Shown here: one piece after another, positions 41,100-57,555 of the stretch
How the letters are laid out: every line of letters starts with the position of its first letter
Numbering within the stretch: the stretch's first letter is position 1
Origin: the human T2T-CHM13v2.0 reference genome, Homo sapiens
Assembly: GCF_009914755.1 (NCBI RefSeq)
Contig: NC_060927.1
Reading direction: 5' to 3' (one strand)
Length of the DNA stretch: 64,000 bases
Position numbers and translations under genes: made by a program
The notes under the pieces: generated by a model
The model's database searches: none
Told to the model about the DNA's origin: nothing
What the model saw: only the letters and a program-made list of their open reading frames with translations

Positions 41100-42914
41100 A
41101 AATCTCAGATCAGGCACTTACTAATTGTGGGACCTTGAGAAAGCACATAAACTTTCTGAACTTGTTTCCTTCCCTCTAAAATGCGTTTAATATTCTACCA
41201 TGAAAAAATCACTGTGAGAGAAATAGTTCATGGAGATCAGTTACCTTAATGACAAGTGTATATGGAATTATGAGTAGAAGTATAAAATCTTGCTTTGTAG
41301 GACAATCTGCAACCATTATTATTTGTCAGCTTTTAAAATGCAATTTTCCTGTATTATTTCCATGGATGATTTGAAATAGGTGATTTTTGTTAGATTATTG
41401 TTAGATAATTTTTGTTTTTTTAATACATATATTCTGCAAAGAAAATGTGTGACAAGGTAAGCACTTTTAAACTTATTAAAATAATAATATTAATATTGAT
41501 AATTATTGCTAAATTCATTTATTCTTTAAAATTAGGCATAATGCTCTGCAGAATTTGTAATATATTCAATTGCAGGCATATTTCAAATAATTGCATGGTA
41601 GGAAAATGGGAGTTGGCTCAGCTATACCTGATCTGTAGGTGCACATGCAAAATTCAGTGATAAGATTCAGATGCAAATTTGAGTGTTGCAGTGTTGGTGT
41701 ATATTCCTTGGAAGATACCTCAATTAGAGGCAGTTTTATTTCCGCCAGTATTCTGCTTTACCAATATGCCCCCCCCCCCTCTTTTTTTCCATCATGGCTA
41801 ATTTCTCAGAGATGAATTGACAGTCTTGACCTTTATTGTTTTCTTGATTATTTCTTGGATTCTTCCTACACAGTACATTCACTATTAAAGTAGTCTTCCT
41901 GATATATGAACAGTTCTTGAGATAAATACACACTGTACATTTTTATGGATGGAAACATTAGGTTTGGTTTTGTAAATATTTATCATTTCCTCCTATGTAC
42001 CAGGCATTTTGCTAAGCACCAAGAACACTAAAATAAAATGTGTGCCTATAAACTTTGCCTTGCTGAGTGAGTGACTCTTTCTTATAGACTCAACTTCCAT
42101 TTTATACTGAAAATAGAAAGATGCACATAAGTGGCAAGCTTAAATTTACCCATCTACTTAGCTAGCAGAGCTAGGAAGACATCAATTATATCCTGACTTT
42201 CATTCAAATTATAACATGCTGTCTCCACATTACTAATTATGGAGGGGTAAAGTACATAGACTGCATTTTCTTTTAATACTACCAAATCTCTATGGAATTT
42301 CTTTTTTAAGTGAGGTTAGAGACAGGAATGTCAATGGGTTAATGAAAGGGGAAACTATTGCATGTTTTGTTTCAAATGCACTTTGGGTATAAAATACTGA
42401 ATGATATTTGAGTCTAGAACTTGACTCTATGCTTGCAATAGACTGTTAAGATAAGAAATGTTGATTATCTGGTTAATTTGTCAATGTGGACAGCCAGTCA
42501 AGCCCCAACATGAACCTTCTTTAGTGTGTATAATCTAAGCTAAATGAAGACATAGTCTAAATTGATTTGTTAATTGCTGACTTTTCCTTCAGTTTGGTGT
42601 CTACAGACTTCAGGTGAAAAACCGCAATAATTTCACTCTAAGGCATGGCTTGTCTTCCCCCTTCTCCAAACCAATCTTTCAAATTTTAAAATTTATTAAA
42701 AAAATTGCCCTTTCAGAGGAAGAAGTGTTTAGTATATAATAACAAACACTATTTGTTAAACAACCACTTTGTGCTAAGACTGCTTAAATAAATTTACTTG
42801 TATTAATCCATTTAATTATGTTAGATAGTTACTAAAATCATCGCCTCTTAAACATCAGGATATTAGATATGTTAAATAAATTAACTAAGGTTATATATCT
42901 AAGAAGTAGTAAAT

Positions 42915-43814
42915 GGAGGAGCCAAGATGGCTGAATAGGAACAGCTCCAGTCTACAGCTACCAGCGTGAGCTCAGCAGAAGACTGGTGATTTCTGCATTT
43001 CCATCTGAGGTACTGGTTTCATCTCACTAGGGAGTGCCAGACAGTGGGCGCAGGTCAGTGGGTGTGTGCACCGTGGGCGATCCGAAGCAGGGTGAGGCAT
43101 TGCTTCACTTGGGAAGCGCAAGGGGTCAGGGAGTTCCCTTTCCGAGTCAAAGAAAGGGGTGACAGGCACCTGGAAAATCGGGTCACTCCCACCCGAATAC
43201 TGCGCTTTTCCGATCGGCTTAAAAAATGGCGCACCACGAGATTATATCCCGCACCTGGCTCGGAGGGTCCTACGCCCACGGAATCTTGCTGATTGCTAGC
43301 ACAGCAGTCTGAGATCAAACTGCAAGGCCGCAGCAAGGCTGGGGGAGGGGCGCCCGCCATTGCCCAGGCTTGCTTAGGTAAACAAAGCAGCCTGGAAGCT
43401 CCAACTGGGTGGAGCCCACCACAGCTCAAGGAGGCCTGCTTGCCTCTGTAGGCTCCATCTCTGGGGGCAGGGAACAGACAAACAAAAAGACAGCAGTAAC
43501 CTCTGCAGACTTAAATGTCCCTGTCTGACAGCTTTGAAGAGAGCAGTGGTTCTCCCAGCACGCAGCTGGAGATCTGAGAAGGGGCAGACTGCCTCCTCAA
43601 GTGGGTCCCTGACCCTTGACCCCTGAGCTGCCTAACTGGGAGGCACCCCCAGCAGGGGCAGACTGACACCTCACATGGGCTGGTACTCCAACAGACCTGC
43701 AGCTGAGGGTCCTGTCTGTTAGAAGGAAAACTAACAAACAGAAGGGACATCCACACCAAAAACCCATCTGTACATCACCATCATCAAAGACCAAAAGTAG
43801 ATAAAACCACAAAG
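42915..43814 (+). promoter_or_regulatory. L1 5'UTR internal sense promoter (YY1 core aagatggc) and antisense promoter; only CpG-rich segment of the window
   Basis: Complete 5'UTR with YY1 motif at about 42924-42931; promoter activity is inferred from the family, not shown. Confidence 0.8.
43055..43360 (-). CDS. ORF0: L1 antisense ORF0, 101 aa (MAGAPPP...)
   Basis: MAGAPPPALLRPCSLISDCCASNQQDSVGVGPSEPGAGYNLVV... lies inside the 124-aa ORF call; ATG in good Kozak context (gcaATGG). Confidence 0.75.
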   Translation of the reverse strand: MAGAPPPALLRPCSLISDCCASNQQDSVGVGPSEPGAGYNLVVRHFLSRSEKRSIRVGVTRFSRCLSPLSLTRKGNSLTPCASQVKQCLTLLRIAHGAHTH

Positions 43815-44831
43815 ATGGGGAAAAAACAGAACAGAAAAACTGGAAACTCTAAAAAGCAGAGCGCCTCTCCTTCTCAAAAGGAACGCAGTTCCTCACCAGC
43901 AACGGAACAAAGCTGGATGGAGAATGACTTTGATGAGCTGAGAGAAGAAGGCTTCAGACGATCAAATTACTCCGAGCTATGGGAGGACATTCAAACCAAA
44001 GGCAAAGAAGTTGAAAACTTTTTAAAAAATTTAGAAGAATGTATAATTAGAATAACCAATACAGAGAAGTGCTTAAAGGAGCTGATGGAGCTGAAAACCA
44101 AGGCTCGAGAACTACGTGAAGAATGCAGAAGCCTCAGGAGCCGATGCGATCAACTGGAAGAAAGGGTATTAGCAATGGAAGATGAAATGAATGAAATGAA
44201 GCTAGAAGGGAAGTTTAGAGAAAAAAGAATAAAAAGAAATGAGCAAAGCCTCCAAGAAATATGGGACTATGAGAAAAGACCAAATCTACATCTGATTGGT
44301 GTACCTGAAAGTGACGGGGAGAATGGAACCAAGTTGGAAAACACTCTGCAGGATATTATCCATGAGAACTTCCCCAATCTAGAAAGGCAGGCCAACGTTC
44401 AGATTCAGGAAATACAGAGAACCCCACAAAGATACTCCTCGAGAAGAGCAACTCCAAGACACATAATTGTCAGATTCACCGAAGTTGAAATGAAGGAAAA
44501 AATGTTAAGGGCAGCCAGAGAGAAAGGTCGGGTTACCCTCAAAGGGAAGCCCATCAGACTAACAGCGGATCTCTTGGCAGAAACCCTACAAGCCAGAAGA
44601 GAGTGGGGGCCAATATTCAACATTCTTAAAGAAAAGAATTTTCAACCCAGAATTTCATATCCAGGCAAACTAAGCTTCATAAGTGAAGGAGAAATAAAAT
44701 ACTTTACAGACAAGCAAATGCTGAGAGATTTTGTCACCACCCGGCCTGCCCTAAAAGAGCTCCTGAAGGAAGTGCTAAATATGGAAAGGAAAAACTGGTA
44801 CCAGCCGCTGCAAAATCATGCCAAAATGTAA
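43815..44831 (+). CDS. ORF1: L1 ORF1p RNA-binding protein, full-length 338 aa
   Basis: MGKKQNRK...NHAKM; coiled coil, RRM and CTD present; REKG235-238 and RR261-262 retained. Confidence 0.95.
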   Translation: MGKKQNRKTGNSKKQSASPSQKERSSSPATEQSWMENDFDELREEGFRRSNYSELWEDIQTKGKEVENFLKNLEECIIRITNTEKCLKELMELKTKARELREECRSLRSRCDQLEERVLAMEDEMNEMKLEGKFREKRIKRNEQSLQEIWDYEKRPNLHLIGVPESDGENGTKLENTLQDIIHENFPNLERQANVQIQEIQRTPQRYSSRRATPRHIIVRFTEVEMKEKMLRAAREKGRVTLKGKPIRLTADLLAETLQARREWGPIFNILKEKNFQPRISYPGKLSFISEGEIKYFTDKQMLRDFVTTRPALKELLKEVLNMERKNWYQPLQNHAKM

Positions 44832-44879
44832 AGACCATCGAGACTAGGAAGAAACTGCATCAACTAACGAGCAAAATAA

Positions 44880-48706
<3,827 letters not shown>

Positions 48707-50789
48707 ACAATTAGATCACATGGACACAGGAAGGGGAATATCACACTCTGGGGACTGTTGTGGGGTTGGGGGAGAGGGGAGGGATAGCATTGGGAGATAT
48801 ACCTAATGCTAGATGACGAGTTAGTGGGTGCAACACACCAGCATGGCACATGTATACATATGTAACTAACCTGCACAATGTGCACAAGTACCCTAAAACT
48901 TAAAGTATAATAAAAAAAAGAAAAAAAGAAGAAGAAAAAAAAAGTAGTAAACCTAGTATATAAAAATTTTTATTAAGCTTGTCAGATGTCTCTATTTAAA
49001 ATGGGTGACTAAAGCTCAGTATGAAATCTTGTATAAATAATAAAAGCCACTATGATTAATATCCATACTTGATATTATAATATTTAACATGAAGATGTCA
49101 AATATTTTTTAAATCTTGAAATGTTTGGAATGTGGTATCAAATTATTACTGTATGCAGCAGTAACATTTGTCCAGAAAGACAAATGATGACTTTGAGAAA
49201 GTAAATCTATAGTTTGAGTTCATGAGGTATAAAGTACAGCTAAGACCTCAGTAGTAATGTTCTGAATAGAAGCAGTACAAGAATTAATATGTACTACATA
49301 TGATTTGTAGGCAATAATTGATAACTCAAATTTAATATTTTTTAGAGTTCTAAAGAGAGATTCTTACCAATATCTAGTTGTGTTCATATCATAACTAAAG
49401 TAAACAATTTTTTTTTTCTATTTTAAAGAATGGTAGACCTGCTGTCCCTATATTGATATTCTGTACTTGTATAGTAACATGTTTTATAGTCAGATGATTA
49501 GGCCAGATATCAAAGCCTTCAGTCTTTTTCCACTACAAATTCTGCTACATACAGAAACACAGATATATTAATAAATGATACCTTAGAGTCTCACTCCTTA
49601 ATCTAAATAGCTCGGTGATTCTTCATTCCTACAGAATAAAATTGTCTCCCAAACTAAATTTCCAGCTTCATTCTCATTATTCCCTTTTATTTCTAAGATC
49701 TAATCAAATTGGATAAGGGAGTGCTCTTTAAAAAATTACCACGACTTTCTACTCCTATGCCTTGGGATTCCACATGATTTCTTCCAAACAGATAGAGGTG
49801 TATACCCTTATCTTTTGAATACAAGTTGCAAATACCTTGTCCTTCAAGACCCAATGCATGAAAACAATGTCCCATATTTCTAGTTTCTCAGCTAAAATAG
49901 AGTATGTTTTTTGCTCTGATTTTAATTATATTTTATTGGGTTCTTTCCCAGGTGCTATTACATTCTGTTGGGTCTCTTGTAATTTTTCTGTGTGCTTTAT
50001 CCCCTCACAGGATGCTGCAGTGATTTAGGGCAGAGACACTATCTTATAAATCTTTGTATACTCCACACTACCTTGTTTATAATCTTTCTAAGATAAGGAT
50101 TTTAAAATGATAAATATAGACTAACATAGACTAGCATGTGCACTTTTATTGATATAGCTAAGCGTCAGATAAGTTAAGTAATTTGTCTTAAGATCATGGG
50201 AAAGAGGATTTACACCACATCTCTAATACCAAAACAGAAACCAAGAAACTTCTATTTCTCTGGATATAATTATACTATTCACAAAGCTCTGAACTCTAGC
50301 ATTTGAAGGGTAGAGTGAACTCTGGCTTCATCTGGGCTGGTATGGTTATCTAAGCAGTAAATAGCTAGAGGTAGAGAGATGGGGGAAAACAACAGGAGTT
50401 TCCAGGATGGTGGTGATACTCAGAATCCTTTGGATGACATTTTTGTTATTGGCAGCTCTTTCAGTTTTGGGCACAGTGCCTGTAATAAGATAGGAAGGAT
50501 TCAGGAAGAACTGGACAGGGTACTGGGGTCTCAGCCAAGCAGCTGAGCTTTAAGGCAGACTCCTAATAACATGTTAGGCTCTTTTCTTTCTTGGGCCTTG
50601 TCCTCACTTTATTTTGCCTAGGCCTCCTCATTTTTCTCCCCATCTCACACCTACCCTCTAACCCCACAATCAGCCTGCTTTTCTCAGGATTCAGTTTTGA
50701 GTTCTGCATAGAAACCTACATATTGATCCGTGACATGTTCTTAGCACCAATTTCCACCACAAAAACTTATTTATTTATTTGCATAATTT

Positions 50790-50925
50790 TGAACGATTTT
50801 TCCCAAATGGAATATAACCTTGTCAAGGGCAAGGAATTTGTCCTGAACACTCCTATACACCCAAGAGCCTAACAAACCACTAGACTATAGGAATCATGTA
50901 ATAAATATTTGTTAGATGCCTTGAA
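50790..50925 (+). mobile_element. L2 3' end
   Basis: ggaatataaccttgtcaagggcaaggaatttgtc...aataaatattttgtt. Confidence 0.6.
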
Positions 50926-53619
50926 AGGAAGAAATAAAAAACTGAAGACATGAACTGATTCATAAAAGATGAAGGTGGGCTTTATCCTGCTGGGTAACTG
51001 TTACTCAAAATGATGTTCCAGTTTATTACCATATTATTTAGGGTTATGTTAGGGGAAAAAATGAACTCCTACATCCGTGTTTGCTGTGGATATATTTCCT
51101 CTCATATATGCTTAGGTTTAAGTCAAATAGCCTGAGAGAGAGGAAGAGGCTTCAGCTGCAGGTTGACATTGCTGAGTGCCACTATGTTGATGCTACTGAT
51201 GCTTACAAATCAAGTAGATTAGCAGGTTTTGCCTTGAACACAGAGAGAGCTGTCAGTTATTGTCAAAGGAGCAAAGGATGGAACCAGATTTGCCTCCTAT
51301 AGGAAGGTGAGACTTCAATTGGCCATCCCAGCCCACAGAGAACCCTTCTTCCTCTGAAATGAGATCTAATTGCTTGCAGCAGCACTGATGCAGTTGAGGA
51401 TATTTCCACATAAATATGTGTTATCCCTTCATTGAAAATGCATGTATACTTAGTGATTCGTGATTGTAAACTGGTTTATCTTTTTGGCATTTCTAGTGAA
51501 AGTGGTTTCTGAACAGACTAGGGATTCCAAACAGGAATGGATTGAGAAAGGTATTTGAAAGGAAATTCAAGAGAGAGCTTCTTAAAAGCAAAGACCAGTT
51601 GTCACCTTTCATCCCTAGGCCTTAGCTGAATTTGTGCAGCAAAGAAAATGTTTGTTGAATAAGCTGCCTTAATAGTCTCAAATGATACAATTTATAAGAC
51701 AAAATTTATGTAAAAATAATGTTAAAATTTGATAAAATTAGGACATTTTAAATACTGAAATTAATTTGTTGAATTAGCTCATTGTAAAACAAAAACTCAG
51801 TAAGAAGGATAACATATAGTCATTGAGTTATTGACTAAAAATACCAGTGAAAGGACATCTTTAAGGTAAACTATTTCAAATCTAGAACCAGAATAGTGTG
51901 TATTACATGAGCACATCAACTGTGGTTTTTAAAATGTTCCCAAAACAGAGTAATAAATCCCTTATCCTCAGCATATTGAGTAGATTATTCCCATTGTATC
52001 CACTAGAAGACTGAGTGTATTGTTGTAGTATTACTTTGGAGGACTATTTTAATTTTTAAAGATTCATTATTTTTTAAAAATCTGTTCCTATCTCTTTTGC
52101 TTTATTGTGTCTAAAGAAACAAATAAAAAATCATTTAAAAAACTTGAGAGCTTTTATTAACACAACAGAAATTTTACATTTATTTACAAACGAATAACTA
52201 TTATTTGCTAAATATAAATGCCACATTATAGACCCAGTTTTTTTCATAAGATTAAAAGCACCTATAAATGTAAAACTGGGGATGCATATGGCCAAAAATT
52301 ATATTCTAATTACATCATCAAGTATTTCGGGCTTTTTATCGTTTTTAGGATCAGATGGCATCATGCAGACATGTCAGTTCTTTGCATAAAAAGGATTCCA
52401 AAATAGAAGGGAATTCTGAAGCAGCTTCCTAATCTGTGGGGTTAATATATTAAATATTCACATATCATATTTTGGACATAAGAAAATAGATCTAAGGCAG
52501 AAGGAAGACATAGAAAATGTCGTATGGATCAGAAGATGTCAACCTTTAGTCTTAAGTGTGCTAGTTTATGTGAATCCCCCTTGTGCTGGGGACTCCAAAG
52601 CTGTTCTGCCTGGCCTCCTTGCAGCCCATATTACTTCAGAGGTTGGTCTGGGGTGTGGGATGTGGGTTGTGGAGGGCTTTCAATGCAAAGCCAAGCAATT
52701 CACTGATTTTTCTCTTATCTATATTATTGACTTGTGATTTTTCTTCTTTTCTGAAGCATGTGAGAGCTATAATGCAGGGAACTCAGATTGTTTGGAAAGA
52801 TTTAATAGGAGACCATTACTGTGTAGTCCCATTTTCTACTCAGCATTGCAAAGACTGTGGTAAACCCTGAGGTAAAAGTATTTTTTTTCTTTTGTAGCAG
52901 ATCGTCAGAAAGACACAAAGTACGACAAAGATTTCAAGGAATATGACAAAAATTCTCAACACCAATTACTAGATTACTAACAAAGATTTTTCTAAAAATT
53001 GTTATTATTTACAACTATCTTTTACATGTTTTTCTCATTTACATCTCATGGAAGGCATGAGTGATGGCTGTTTAACCGCATTTTCAATTGAAGAGACTGG
53101 GGCTTATGGCTCCCAAGCATTTTGAATTTTTATCCACGCACTTTCCATTGTGCTACAGCTATAACTGAGTGTCTGAGGCACTATGCCAGTGGTTTCCAAA
53201 TCATCTTCTCTAGAGCAGAGCAGGTCTGGGAAGAAGGTTTCACAGATGTGCAAGGATATGAGAAAAAAAGTACATTTGTGAGTTTCACATAATACCCTGT
53301 TCGTAAGAATTATTTACTTCATTCTGAAATTGTTCTTTCTATTTTTTGTGTTACAATATCCTTTTTTAAAAATCATATTATATGAAAGGCATTTTTATGA
53401 GTTTTTACTTGGATGCTCTCATGAATATAAAGACTTCTTAGCAGTTGCTATTTATTTTTTAATTGACTAGTTTCTGAAATATAAAATACAAGATCTTCTG
53501 TACCCAAATAATGTTTCCATAGATTATAAAATTGGCACCCTGCACTTCCCAAACCTCTTCTGAACTAATCAGTGTCGGGGAATGATCCAAGATCAAGAAA
53601 CTAGAGGTCAAGTTGCTAT

Positions 53620-53900
53620 GTGCTATGGAACAACCACAGAGCTATTACATGAAAAATAGCAAAAACAGTGCGTGCATATGGCACGTTCATATCTGTACAA
53701 TAAAACAGAAGCATATGTGCACAGATATGCTAGAATGTACACAGAATACATCTTAAAGGAGACAGGCTGCTGCCAGAAATGTCGGATTGGGGGTCAAAGT
53801 GGGAGGGAGACGTGCTTCTTGCTTTTTTTCATATTTGGAATTTTGCACCATGAGCTTCATATAAAATGCTAAACAAATACATGTATAATTTTTAAAAGAC
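53620..53900 (+). mobile_element. L1ME-type 3' fragment
   Basis: ...gggggtcaaagtgggagggagac...tttggaattttgcaccatgag resembles L1ME4-type 3' ends. Confidence 0.5.
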
Positions 53901-56900
53901 CCCATAGTAGGGAGAAAGTAGGAATGAGAGTTACGTTACTGGCCTGAAATCAGAAGCAAGCAAACCAAGTTCCTACTGGAAAGAAATGAATACCACAGGA
54001 AGAATCACAGGGTGAGAAATTGTGGCTTTTCTCTTTTTATTAATGAAACTATGACTAAGCATCTACAATAAGATACAAACGACATTATATGCAAAGTGGA
54101 TATGGAAAATACAACGTAGCCTAGATTACACAGTGAGGGGCCTACATTTCAGGAGGTACCATGCAAATGCATCCTCCTCAGACTGGGAGCTGATGCAGAC
54201 ATAGCCCTTGCCATTCTTGCCAATTGAGAGGAGACCCTCTATGTAGTTCTTCCCCTCTCTTCCCAATTTGCAATCACAAATAATATAAGCTGAGTCAAGA
54301 CACACAGCTGCTAAAATGGAATAGTATTCGTGTTTCCCAGTGCCTCGGGATGTGGAAAAGGGAGAGGAGAGGGAGGGAGAGGATGAGATTATAAATAGAA
54401 AGTTTTCAAGTTCAATATTTTCTTCTATAAATTTTACTTCCATTTTTTAGGACCTGCTACAATTTGTCTGCGGTGTATGTGTGCTACCAGTCACCAAAAG
54501 TGTGCAAGAAAAAAATAATTCATCAGATAGTGTCAGCAATAGAAAATGATTCCTAATTCTTCAGCTTATTTAGAAGTGGGTGGGGGGCTGACTTCACATG
54601 TGATGTTATTTACATATAGTCTGCTTGCCTTTTATAAAATTGTTCTGCTGTATACGAATGAAAGGTGTCTTATAAAGTACATGGCATCTGCAGATTACTG
54701 TAGAATATTGTACTTCACAGGCATTCTGCAAAGCAGCTCATAGGGCTAGGAAAAATGTCTTATGATATATTTATCTCATCATGTGAGTGATATGAGCTCA
54801 GGTCTCCTGACACCCATATTAAAAATGACTCTCCATATAGTACAATTAGAGTAACATTTCTGATTAGACTTCAGAAAAATTTTTAAAAGGTTATATGTAG
54901 TTCTTTAATAACTGAATTTTTTTGTATGCGTAGCTTTTCTGAAAGAGCATTTTGTAAAATCCTTGCTTCCTTTCAATTTAAGTGGTTTCTTAGAATGTTT
55001 TGCTAGAAAATCAGATGTGATGATATCAGACTGAACAGTGTATTCTAATATGTGTCATTGTTATTCAAACAACTGAATTACTTTGCTTTAAACTGTATAC
55101 CACCAAATGAATGGAATATTTTGCCTCTATGTTCCAATCAATTTATGTTCCTGGTCATTGAGAAGTCATTATGTAATGTTTAAGTCTGAACAGCCTATTT
55201 TCGTTTTTCATAATTTTAACTGCAGATATATCTGTAATTGCTTCATTTGATTTTTTATTAACACTTCAGCCTCTTTCCAGGATACATCCCAGACTTTGAG
55301 GTAAATTTCCCCAAATCCCATTTTTTTCTGTTTGTAACTTTTGGACAATGCAGGAATCCTGAGTATGTCCATTAAAAATGTGACTTGACATAGCTAGAGA
55401 CTTTAGTGTGTTTTCTAAAAATGAACCATGCAGACATTAAGAATTAAAATAAGAGTTTGCTAATGTTTCCCTACATATTCTCTCCATCTTGAATACTTTT
55501 AATCGTTGAAATGTCAATATATGTGAATTTTAATTTGTACACTTTCTCATTACGATCATGTATTTATATGTGTAAATCAAAGTGTAGACTGGTTAAATTG
55601 GATACTGCATAAACTATAATTATCGTATATTATAAGTAGATGGATGAGTAGATTAACATACATATGCGGCCATGTTTTCCTTAACATCACTGCATTATAT
55701 CTGTTTGAGTGAGTCTGACAAAAAGCTTGTTGTAATTGTGAAGGAAATAATTTGCATTTTTCTTCTTCAACAGCTATGTAATATAACAATTGTATGTACA
55801 GACTGCCATAATAACTGAATATAGATATTGAGAATCAAAGGTTGGACTTGATGAATATTTTCATTTAATAACCAGACAGCATTTGGGTAGGAATATTAAT
55901 CATTGAAATCTGAGAAATTAATACTAATATTGAGTAGTTATAACAATATGGAACTTAGATTTCTAATGCAGTAAAAAGGTTTGCCTTTTTAAAAATGCTC
56001 TTTCATAACTATACACAGTTCATGTAATTAATTAAGTCTAAACACTGTCTCTTATTCATTTATGTTTGGACAAAATTTTTGTGTGTGTTTGTGTGGGTGT
56101 AAAAGCACTTTTCTCGTAGTATTAATTGTGTGCTGCCGAAAGCCTTCCTTAGCATGACATTCTTGGAACTCAGATTTGGAAGTGCACAAAAGAGCTGTAT
56201 TTGTTGCCAATTCGAGAAATGTGTTTTCAAAACAAGGATAACATTTTATTTTTCTTCCTCCCCGGTTCTGCAGTAGTGTAAGTGTTAAAGCCTGAGAGGT
56301 TTAGAAAGCTGCAGTGAATGTGTTAAGACTGTTAATGAAGCTTCTGAATCTAAGGACAAAATTAGCTCTCACACCCACACTGCGCAAAGTACAGCAACTG
56401 TCTGATAGAATTGCATCATGACTTTTACCTGGGGACACGGGTGTTATATTCAGCTGAATTGATGAAATTGGGAAGACAGATGTGCCCAAAGGACATTTTC
56501 AGAAGCTTGTACCTACATAAATTGCTTGTGAAAAATCTCTAAAATTTGAATAAGAAACCAATGTAAAATGCTTTCTGCCTGTAAACTTCAGGTCATATGA
56601 TATATATTATCTAGCATATTCTTTAAGAAAAGAGAACATTTGACTTTCTCTTGGTATCAAATAGCCTATATAATGTCAAACCCAATGAGTGTCTGTTTTC
56701 CCTTTTTTAAGATAAGTAGTGGGACTAGAGAGTTTAACGAAGTTTCCTAATTATTGTATGTTGTTTGCCAAAAAACATTAAATTCGGATTCTTCGTTCCA
56801 ATGTGAATGGCACATAAAGTGATTCACAGCATTAAAAGATTGGATGATATAACTAGGTAGCAATTAAAATCACAAAATAAAAGCAATTATGTCAACAAAC

Positions 56901-57536
56901 ACCTCCGAACAAATTACCAAAATCTTTAGGTCTTTGGACATTGAGACCGGAGGATTCAATCCTAGCACCCTCCACATACAAAAGTCTTAGAGATACAGAC
57001 TTTTAAAAATGGGCTATTGTATTTCACTTTTAAAGACACAAATATTAAGAAACAGTTTTACTTGTAGCTCTACATTGTAAACTCTTGACTATTTCTGGTT
57101 TAGGAAGGTGGCATATATGTAGATTTGATTTAGGTTTGCTGTTCTAAGAAACATGAAAAATACATATCTGAAGTCCAGAGATTTGTGATTGTCGATAGTT
57201 AAATGAGCATGTCAAAGTGGTAGACGTGTTATTCTTACCGTACTCCTTCATGTAATCAAGGAATACCAGATATTCTTGTAATTGTTCTTAGAAGTTTCAA
57301 ACGGTATATCATAACTACACAGAAATCCTTTTAGCATCTTAGAAAATTCTAGAAACTAGGATTATGGCTCTGTAACTAAATGAAACAGTAAGTCATTTAA
57401 AGATGTTAATTAAATGACCTTTAAAACACTAAAAATCATCTGGAACTGACACTGCCAGCTCCACTTCTAACATATGGTTATTGACATTATCAAAAAAGGA
57501 TGGGATCACCTTTGAAATTTATAAAACTATTAGTCC

Positions 57537-57555
57537 TGTCCACCAGAGGGCATAA
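57537..57555 (+). promoter_or_regulatory. CTCF core motif
   Basis: tgtCCACCAGAGGGCAtaa closely fits the CCASYAGRKGGCR core. Confidence 0.65.

Noticed and set aside
41689-41936. Possible DNA transposon with terminal inverted repeats
   Set aside because: The ends match only loosely; no family or TSD could be supported.
48750-48783. G-quadruplex-forming G-tract (also 40920-40953)
   Set aside because: Standard feature of L1PA 3'UTRs, not locus-specific.
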